A stretch of 64,000 nt of DNA from Candidatus Zixiibacteriota bacterium (GTDB taxonomy: Bacteria; Zixibacteria; MSB-5A5; RBG-16-43-9), in NCBI GenBank assembly GCA_030692925.1, contig JAUYBY010000023.1, positions 22,612 through 86,611 on the forward strand, read 5' to 3'. Positions 57,383-64,000 of this stretch are shown piece after piece. Within the stretch, counting starts at the first letter, position 1. Every line of letters starts with the position of its first letter. The notes under the pieces were generated by a model, which searched no databases, had not been told where the DNA came from, and saw only the letters and a list, made by a program, of their open reading frames with translations. The translations under genes and the position numbers were made by a program.

Positions 57383-57721
57383 TTTTAATATGTATATATA
57401 CATATTAAAATAGTACATCCATTATACACGATAACATATTAAGCTATTATAGAACAATGAATTAGAATGCTATTATCATAAAATATGGAGCATATTATGT
57501 AGTATATATACTACATAATATGCATAAGATATTTGCGTGTAAAAAAAAATTAAGCAAAAGTTGAAGATTTCTCTTGACAATTTGACTATAATGTATATAT
57601 ACATTATAGTCTTTATCTAATACGGAATCAACTGATCTACTAAGGTGTTAAAACTTAATAACTTAGTCCGGATAACTTAACATAAATGATGGCTTTTATT
57701 ATTGTATATATACAATAATAA
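57383..57721. promoter_or_regulatory. Array of four perfect 26-32-bp palindromes sharing the core GTATATATAC, at 57383-57410, 57491-57522, 57584-57611 and 57696-57721
   Basis: Centres are 110, 91 and 111 bp apart. Palindrome 3 forms the 17-nt spacer of a TTGACT-17-TATAGT promoter (57582-57610), and palindrome 4 lies 20 nt before the AbiEi-like start. Confidence 0.7.
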
Positions 57722-57741
57722 GAAACTTTTACTCCTAATTA

Positions 57742-58628
57742 TGCCACGTATTAAGAAAGAAGATATCTTAAAAATCGCTAAGAACGATATAATAGAATTA
57801 CTTGATAATCTACCTTCTAAAATCCTGAAATATTCTGATCTCGAGAACATTCTATTAATAAACAGAAAAAATTGGCGTGTTACTACTACTACCACCGTCA
57901 ATGAATTCATTTCTTTTCTATTAGACCAAACAAAACTTAAGGAAGCAAAATTTAATTTTCCTTATCGTCCTGAACTAAGGTATATCTGGGGTGAAGTATC
58001 TAATTACGAATTAATTATGTCATTGAGGCCTGACTCCTATTTTACACACTATACTGCTATGTATTTGCATGAAATTACAGAGCAAATTCCAAATACCTTT
58101 TACTTAAATTATGAGCAATCTCCCAAGCGGAAGCATAAAGAGAACTTGGAACAAGATCGAATCGATTCTGCCTTCAAACGTCCAGTTAGGTCATCGAAAA
58201 ACATTGCATTCTACAACAATTTTAAAATATGCCTGCTGAATGGTATGTATACCGGCAAGCTGGGAGTAGTTGAAATTCTTGGGTTACAACGAGAGAAAAT
58301 TCGAGTCACAAATATAGAGAGAACACTTATAGATATTACTGTTAGGCCTGAGTACTCTGGAGGTGTTTTTGAGGTTTTAAAGGCTTTTCAGTTTGCCCAT
58401 GATAACGTATCGATAAACAAGCTGACCGCCATGTTTAAAAAACTGGATTATACTTATCCTTATCACCAAGCTATTGGATTCTATCTTGAGAAGGCAGGCG
58501 TTTATAATCAATCCCAAGTAGATTTACTATGCAAGTTTGATTTTGAGTTCGACTTTTATCTTACTCACCAAATGAAAGAAACCGATTATTCCAAAAAGTG
58601 GCGACTATACTACCCCAAGGGCCTCTAA
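57742..58628 (+). CDS. AbiEi-family (type IV TA / abortive-infection antitoxin-like) transcriptional regulator
   Basis: Start taken at MPRIKKEDIL, the internal Met of ORF 57702..58628. SYFTHYTAMYLHEITEQIP resembles the AbiEi_4 motif (S.ESAL..HGL..Q). The AT content is far higher than in neighbouring genes. Confidence 0.5.
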
Positions 58629-59486
58629 TTCTTTACATTTGTTTGCTACATAATCAAAATAAAAATCGAAATCTCTTAACTCTGTACTTGTTTTAACAGT
58701 ATCTTTTACGGCAGGAAAATCTGAACGATGAAATTCTTTATAGTTTTGTATGTTACCAATAAATTGTAGTGGAACCTTTTTGGCTGTAAATATATTCTTT
58801 AAGAGTTCAGTATTCTCACTCGTTGTGAGATCAATTCCGAAATGTTCAATAGTAATATAGATATCAAAGAAATCCCTTGCCCTTGCTGATCTTGATGGTT
58901 CTGTAACTATGTCAGCGTATTCTGGCATTTGCTGGCAGATAGCTCTCAGCTTTTCTATGACGATCATTTCAGGGGTATAAACATAAATAGTATATCCATC
59001 AATCTCATGCTTCTGTTTTGGGATGCAATACTCAAATTTACTGATATCGATCTTAATTTTTCTTTTTTGTTTATTGCCAACCACTAAAGCATTGCGTCGT
59101 AAAGAATCGATTTTATCAGACAGTCGGGCATAGTCTCCTGACTCTATAATTTTGAACTCAACCTGATATCCTCCCCAAAAACCAGCCATTTCTGGACTGA
59201 TCTTTTCTGGTTTTTCGACAAGGGTAACATCGAAAACCTCGTAGCCTTCTGCTTTAAATGTTTCTTTCAGAATCTTTTGAATTTTGGATTCAATAATAGG
59301 GAGGTCTTCTTGCCTAAACTCTTTCTCAATTGAAAAGTCGAGATCAACTGAGGCGCGGTGTTCGATCTGGTGAATTATATCAAGAGCATTCCCACCCTTC
59401 AAAACCAGCATATCCATTAGGTAGTCATCAGAAAACATAGCGATTATAACAAGCCTTTTGATTTTTCGGAGAAATTCAGTATCCAA
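58605..59486 (-). CDS. AbiEii/AbiGii-family nucleotidyltransferase toxin (DUF1814)
   Basis: LKGGNALDIIHQIEHRASVDLDFS matches the LxGGTAL...R.SxDIDF NTase motif; convergent with the AbiEi-like gene, overlapping it by 24 nt. Confidence 0.75.
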   Translation of the reverse strand: MDTEFLRKIKRLVIIAMFSDDYLMDMLVLKGGNALDIIHQIEHRASVDLDFSIEKEFRQEDLPIIESKIQKILKETFKAEGYEVFDVTLVEKPEKISPEMAGFWGGYQVEFKIIESGDYARLSDKIDSLRRNALVVGNKQKRKIKIDISKFEYCIPKQKHEIDGYTIYVYTPEMIVIEKLRAICQQMPEYADIVTEPSRSARARDFFDIYITIEHFGIDLTTSENTELLKNIFTAKKVPLQFIGNIQNYKEFHRSDFPAVKDTVKTSTELRDFDFYFDYVANKCKELEALGVV

Positions 59487-59573
59487 AGGTTATCCTTTTG
59501 ATTGCTTTTTCTTCAGACCTGAAAGGAGTATCACGGATTCTACTCGGGAGATTAAAAATAACATTCAAAAAAC

Positions 59574-59956
59574 TGGAGGCGGTGGGAATCGAACCCACGT
59601 CCGAAGATAAGAACTAAAGGACTTCTACAGGCTTAGCTTAGTCTTTTTTCCTTCCCGCTTTTGGCAGGAGGGACTTTCGCTCCAGGAAAGACCGACAAGC
59701 AGGTCTAACCCAGAACTATCCCGGTTTTGTTTCGCCCTCTTCCCCCAGGAGATAGAAGAAGGCTATCCTGTTTTTCTCGACGCCTTAGCCCAAACCAACA
59801 GGCAGGCTCAGGTAAGACGAGCTACCTTTTATTAGGCAGCCAATGCATACGAGTATTCGTTTGCATTTAGATTTGTTCCCAATGGATTAACGAGGTTACT
59901 GGGTACCTCGGCCTGCTTTCCTTTACCCTTGATCCCCGTCGAAACCGATCGCCCCC
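59574..59956 (-). ncRNA. ssrA: tmRNA (ssrA), tag peptide (A)ANEYSYALAA
   Basis: 5' end GGGGGCGAUCGGUUUCGACGGGGAUCAAGGG and 3' end GGACGUGGGUUCGAUUCCCACCGCCUCCA (tRNA-Ala-like T-arm and acceptor). Tag ORF GCAAACGAAUACUCGUAUGCAUUGGCUGCCUAAUAA. CCA is not encoded. Confidence 0.9.
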
Positions 59957-60037
59957 AAGAAAGTGGCTTAAGTCCTAATAAAATATACGTATAAATATGA
60001 GAAATTCAACAGAAATTTTGGGTAACCGAGAAAAAGG

Positions 60038-60065
60038 TTGACAAAAATATAGGCAATTGTAAATT
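60038..60065 (+). promoter_or_regulatory. Putative promoter TTGACA-16-TAAATT for the M16 peptidase operon
   Basis: Sequence ggTTGACAaaaatataggcaattgTAAATTgg. Confidence 0.4.
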
Positions 60066-60125
60066 GGATACCTTAGTGTAAGGTGAAAACAAGTTTATAA
60101 CTGTACATCTAATCAAGGAGAGGAT

Positions 60126-61466
60126 ATGAGCAAAAAACAAAGTTTCAAGGTAAATATGTTTTCTTCTCTGCTCCTGGTTTTAATTCCCCTTTTTTCTCTT
60201 CTGGCTCAAGAACTCAAACTGGACATAAAGAAAAATGTCCTGGATAACGGGCTGACCATTTTGACCTGCGAGGATAAATCCGCACCCACGGTTTCCTATA
60301 TGACCTTTATAAATGCTGGCTCCCGTGAGGAAAAGCCAGGAATTACTGGATTAGCTCACATCTTCGAGCATATGATGTTCCGGGGAACCAAAGAATACCC
60401 GGACTTTGATAAGGCGATAACCTCATTCGGAGCGCAGACCAATGCCTCAACTGGTGAGGATTACACCTCTTATTTTGTGAATGTGAAGAAGGATTATCTG
60501 GAAAAGATAATCCCGATCGAGGCAGATAGGGTGAGAAATTTAGTCTTTACTAATGAGGCTTTCCGAATGGAGATGGGTCCGGTTAAGGAAGAAAGGAGAA
60601 GGGGTGTGGTGGATGATCCGGATGGTTTTATCTGGGACGAGCTGGTCCAGACCGCTTACCAGGTGCATCCTTATCACCATCCGGTAATAGGTTTTGAAGA
60701 GGACCTGGAGAAAAATATCCAGGTTCAGGATGGACTGGATTTCAAGAGGAATTTCTATTCTCCTGGATATACCACCATCGTCTTAACCGGCAATTTCGAT
60801 ACTCCGAAGGCATTGGAGTTGATAAAAAAGTATTACGGGGACTGGCAAAAGACCCCTCCGCCTGATCTCAACATACCGGCTGAGCCAAAGCAGACCAAGG
60901 AGAGGGTGAAAAATTACGTGTGGAAGGATTCTGAGATCTCTCCCAAGCTTTTAATCGCTTTTCACGGGCCCAATTTTGAGATAAAAGATGACGATTTTTG
61001 CGCGCTGGAGCTTGCAGCCCGGATTCTGTTTATGTCCTCAGGTAGGCTCACTAAAAAGCTCTACAATGACCTGCAACTGGTTGAATATATCTCCGGCGGA
61101 ATGGGGGATAGAAAGGACCCGGGGCTTTTCGAGATCAGCACGTCTTTAAAAAGGGGAAAATCGATAGATGAGGCGAAACCCCTGATCTTAGAGGAGCTGG
61201 AAAAACTGAAAAATGAGCCGGTCTCGGAAAGAGAGCTGGAAAAAGCCAAAAACTCCGTAAAGGCTGAGATGATCTACCGGATGGATAACCCGCTCTCGGT
61301 TGCTTATACAATCGGGCATTTTCAGACAGCAGGTGGCGATTACAATCTGCTTTTCGAGATTCAGAAGAAATACTCGGAAGTGACTCCGGAGATGATTCAA
61401 CAGGTGGCAAGGAAATATTTCAATCCTGAGAACAGGACTGTGCTTACCTTATTACCCAAGAAGTAG
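60126..61466 (+). CDS. M16-family zinc peptidase (active subunit, HxxEH)
   Basis: Signal peptide and HIFEHMMFRGT inverted zinc-binding motif. Confidence 0.85.
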   Translation: MSKKQSFKVNMFSSLLLVLIPLFSLLAQELKLDIKKNVLDNGLTILTCEDKSAPTVSYMTFINAGSREEKPGITGLAHIFEHMMFRGTKEYPDFDKAITSFGAQTNASTGEDYTSYFVNVKKDYLEKIIPIEADRVRNLVFTNEAFRMEMGPVKEERRRGVVDDPDGFIWDELVQTAYQVHPYHHPVIGFEEDLEKNIQVQDGLDFKRNFYSPGYTTIVLTGNFDTPKALELIKKYYGDWQKTPPPDLNIPAEPKQTKERVKNYVWKDSEISPKLLIAFHGPNFEIKDDDFCALELAARILFMSSGRLTKKLYNDLQLVEYISGGMGDRKDPGLFEISTSLKRGKSIDEAKPLILEELEKLKNEPVSERELEKAKNSVKAEMIYRMDNPLSVAYTIGHFQTAGGDYNLLFEIQKKYSEVTPEMIQQVARKYFNPENRTVLTLLPKK

Positions 61467-61500
61467 CTTAACTTTCTCAAAAAATAGATGGAGGAAAAAG

Positions 61501-63000
61501 ATGAGAAATACAGGTTTGAAAATCATACTCTTAAGTTTGATCTGTCTTTTACTGGTTTTTTCAGTTGATTGCAGCAAAACCCAGAAGCTCAAGATCATTC
61601 AGGTGAAGAAGACCGAGATACCGGTGGTCAATTTCCGGGTGATGATTTTCTCCGGCTCGGCTGATGACCAGAAAGGGAAAGAAGGTTTAGCTTATTTTGC
61701 TTCTTCTATGTTGAAAAAAGGTACCCAGTCTTATTCCCGGGAACAGTTAGAAGAGCTTTTGGATTTCCTGAGTGCCAGGATAGACATAAGCGTGGACAAA
61801 CAGGTTATTGTGGTGAGCGGAACGACCCTGAAGGAAAATTTAGACAAATTTTACCCGCTCTTCTCTGAGGTCATTTTGAAACCCTCTTTTCCACAGGAGG
61901 AAATAGAAAAACAGAAGAAAGAGCAGGAAGATGGGGTCAATATGCTTCTGCAGGATGATGGGGAATTAGTAAAGGAGTGCCTGCAGGATTATATCTACAA
62001 AGACCATCCTTACGGACACCCGGTGGTGGGAGGTCTATCCTCCATAAAAAGTTTCACCAGGCAGGACGTTCAGGATTTCTATAACACTCATTTTGTCAAG
62101 GATAATCTGGTCATAGGCTTAGCCGGGGATATTGATGAAAACTTAGTGGAAAAGGTAAGAAAAGACTTCTCCGCTTTAAAAGAAGGGAAAGTGGTTCATC
62201 CGGAGGGAACTGTTCAACCGCTCAAGGGGAGGAAACTTCTTTTAGTTGAAAAAGAAGGCAGAGGTCAAACCCAGTTTTGTTTTGGTCATCCGGTTAGTTT
62301 CACGCGAAAAGATGAAAAAATGTTTTTCCCTTTGTATGTGGCAAATACCTACTTTGGCAAGCACAGGGAATCTTTCGGGGTTTTGTTTCAGACTGTCCGA
62401 ACCGAGCACGGGCTTAGCTACGGAGCTTACAGCTATATCGAGTATTTCAGGCAGGCAGGCTGGTCCAATTTAGCCTCGCCCAATATTCCGCGCAGGGAAC
62501 AGTACTTCAGCATCTGGACTTATCCTAAAAGCATCAATGGCAAATTCACTATGAAACTGGTCTTGAAAGATTTGACTGATTTAGTTGAAAACGGAGTTCC
62601 CAAAGAGGAGTTGGAAAGATACAAGAATTTCGAGATCAACCATTTCCCTTTTGAGATTCAGACACCCCAGAGGAAATTAGGGCTCCTTTTGGATGAGGAG
62701 TTTTATGGTAATTATGGTTTTGTGGACAACTTCGAAAAAAACGTTAAAGGGGTAAGCTCAGACCAGGTTAATTCAGACCTTAAGAAGTATATTTTTCCGG
62801 ATGACATTGCGATAGTGGCAATAGTCAGCAATGCCGATGATTTCAAAAAAGAGCTTTTCTCAGATCAAACTGTGATAGAATACCCCTCAGGCGTAGATGG
62901 TGCATCTTTAAAAGAAGGGGACGATAAGGTCAAAGCTTTTGATCTTAAAATCAAGCCCGAGGATGTATCTGTGGTTAAAGTTTCAGAGCTTTTTAAATAG
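61501..63000 (+). CDS. M16-family peptidase, non-catalytic partner subunit
   Basis: M16 fold without HxxEH; paired with the upstream gene. Confidence 0.75.
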   Translation: MRNTGLKIILLSLICLLLVFSVDCSKTQKLKIIQVKKTEIPVVNFRVMIFSGSADDQKGKEGLAYFASSMLKKGTQSYSREQLEELLDFLSARIDISVDKQVIVVSGTTLKENLDKFYPLFSEVILKPSFPQEEIEKQKKEQEDGVNMLLQDDGELVKECLQDYIYKDHPYGHPVVGGLSSIKSFTRQDVQDFYNTHFVKDNLVIGLAGDIDENLVEKVRKDFSALKEGKVVHPEGTVQPLKGRKLLLVEKEGRGQTQFCFGHPVSFTRKDEKMFFPLYVANTYFGKHRESFGVLFQTVRTEHGLSYGAYSYIEYFRQAGWSNLASPNIPRREQYFSIWTYPKSINGKFTMKLVLKDLTDLVENGVPKEELERYKNFEINHFPFEIQTPQRKLGLLLDEEFYGNYGFVDNFEKNVKGVSSDQVNSDLKKYIFPDDIAIVAIVSNADDFKKELFSDQTVIEYPSGVDGASLKEGDDKVKAFDLKIKPEDVSVVKVSELFK

Positions 63001-63010
63001 ACTTCTATGT

Positions 63011-63040
63011 TGGGATAGGGGTTGTATTCCTATCCCTTTT
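63011..63040 (+). terminator. Intrinsic terminator (GGGATAGG-ggttgtatt-CCTATCCC + TTTTCTCTT)
   Basis: 8-bp stem with a U-rich tail right after the M16 operon. Confidence 0.7.
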
Positions 63041-63211
63041 CTCTTACGGGCAGCCCCGCATATTGCGGGACGCCTATGGGTTCAAAGGGTGTTGATTTTG
63101 CGTCCTAGAAACGGATCCGTAGGATAGGTCGGGCACCCTTGCTCGTCTAATTTCTCGAAGAAATCTCTTGACAAAAAGAGGTAGGAAATAGAATAGTATA
63201 GGAAATAAACT

Positions 63212-63263
63212 CGCGTAGCAGAGGTTTTAAACCTCTGCCGAGCCCTAAAGGCTCGGCTACGCG
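63212..63263 (+). repeat. REPIN-like element: 8-bp outer stem CGCGTAGC/GCTACGCG enclosing two hairpins (CAGAGGttttaaaCCTCTG; GCCGAGCCctaaaGGCTCGGC), followed by GTTTTC
   Basis: GTAG/CTAC heads as in the other REPs. It sits between two copies of cTTGACAA-N15-gaaaTAGAATrag (63168-63197 and 63271-63300). Confidence 0.55.
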
Positions 63264-63295
63264 TGTTTTCTTGACAATTATATATGAGAAATAGA

Positions 63296-64000
63296 ATGAG
63301 AGATATTTTGGATAAAAAAGAACTAAAAGAACTTACCATTCCCCAGATGCTCAGAAGAAGCGCCAGGCTTTTCTCTGATTCTATTGCTTTATCTGCCTGG
63401 AAGGACGTGAAATATTATTCCATTACCTATGAAGAGCTTGAAAATAAGGTAGGATTTTTTGCCAGGGGTTTGAACTCCTCAGGTATTAGGAAAAACGATA
63501 AGGTAGGGCTTCTTTCCGAAAATCGGCCTGAATGGGGGATAGCTTATCTGGGGATTTTAAGCTCAGGCGGAATTATAGTTCCTTTAGACCCACTGCTTAG
63601 GTGTTCGGAAATAGAAGTTCTGATCCGGGATTCAGGGATGAAGGGTCTGGTAACCTCAGCTAAATTTATAACTGATATATTTGAAATAAAAAAGAAGATA
63701 CCGGGGCTTGATTTTCTTATCTGTATGGATGAAAATAAAGGGGATGGCATATTATCTTTTTCAGAGATTTTGGATAAAGGTAAAGAGAATAAGACTGAAT
63801 TGCCCGGAGCTGTTCCTGATGATACCGCGGTTATCATCTATACCTCTGGCACAACTGGCAAGTCCAAAGGTGTGTTGCTCTCTCATAAGAATATTATGTC
63901 CGATATCTGGGGAACAAAAGAGGCTTTAAAACTTTATCCAGAAGATGTTTTCCTCTCACTCCTTCCCTTGCATCATACCTTTGAATGCACAGCCGGATTT
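63296..64000 (+). CDS. Long-chain-fatty-acid--CoA ligase (AMP-binding), 3' end outside the window
   Basis: Reads MRDILDKKELKELTIPQMLRRSARLF...IIYTSGTTGKSKGVLLSH. Absent from the ORF track because no stop codon falls inside the window. Confidence 0.8.
   Translation, partial: MRDILDKKELKELTIPQMLRRSARLFSDSIALSAWKDVKYYSITYEELENKVGFFARGLNSSGIRKNDKVGLLSENRPEWGIAYLGILSSGGIIVPLDPLLRCSEIEVLIRDSGMKGLVTSAKFITDIFEIKKKIPGLDFLICMDENKGDGILSFSEILDKGKENKTELPGAVPDDTAVIIYTSGTTGKSKGVLLSHKNIMSDIWGTKEALKLYPEDVFLSLLPLHHTFECTAGF

Overview
This 64 kb window appears to come from an uncultivated, AT-leaning bacterial genome. Clues are lysine-rich proteins, near-consensus TTGACA-N15-17-TATAAT promoters, a tmRNA whose tag ends ...YALAA, a GWxTD-domain lipoprotein, and a Rex/NadE/Fhs style of anaerobic metabolism. 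Most genes are ordinary housekeeping genes, but they are interleaved with repeat elements and several accessory insertions. The list below is in window order.

- **1-2354:** partial nadA, then mutM, then a tandem-receiver response regulator.
- **2656-7219:** a phosphomannomutase/phosphoglucomutase gene. It is followed by rex with its own Rex operator, then a convergent pair consisting of an MFS transporter and a MalK-like ABC ATPase.
- **7434-9185:** a GWxTD lipoprotein.
- **9745-19498 (minus strand):** a signalling supercluster. It holds a 1242-aa Ser/Thr-kinase/STAND-NTPase/TPR protein, a GAF-PAS histidine kinase, REP repeats and a NudC-like Nudix hydrolase. That hydrolase is translationally coupled to a membrane PP2C phosphatase. 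RsbW-like and RsbV-like genes complete the cluster, and no sigma factor is present.
- **20335-29342 (minus strand):** an exopolysaccharide or glycolipid cluster. It comprises a polysaccharide deacetylase, GT2, an N-terminally truncated GT1, an epimerase, a WbuX-like amidotransferase, NadE, an acyl-AMP ligase and ACP. A REP-associated tyrosine transposase (RAYT) flanked by REP arrays splits it, and it also carries a separate 65-bp double-hairpin element.
- **30576-31788:** a SAM methyltransferase bracketed by 91-bp direct repeats.
- **31887-34202:** a three-domain protein that fuses a PqqD-like RiPP recognition element (RRE), a peptidase M50 and a HlyD adaptor. This is the best candidate for an undescribed system.
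- **35273-37831:** a pdaD / deoxyhypusine-synthase-like / agmatinase operon.
- **37828-38564:** a frameshifted methyltransferase.
- **38612-46883:** mfd, three SurA/parvulin paralogs, an S4-domain protein and a CheY-like regulator.
- **46912-47320:** a second copy of the hairpin element plus other hairpin repeats.
- **47322-52246:** a peroxiredoxin, hicBA, a rubrerythrin-like gene, fhs and the glutamine-dependent nadE.
- **52341-57269:** GC-rich REP clusters, mtgA, a beta-helix protein, a DUF1028-TPR protein and a Gfo/Idh/MocA oxidoreductase.
- **57270-59573:** an AT-rich islet with four perfect palindromes sharing a GTATATATAC core, followed by a convergent AbiEi/AbiEii pair. It abuts tmRNA (59574-59956).
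- **60126-64000:** two M16 peptidases, a REPIN-like hairpin between duplicated promoter boxes, and a partial acyl-CoA ligase.
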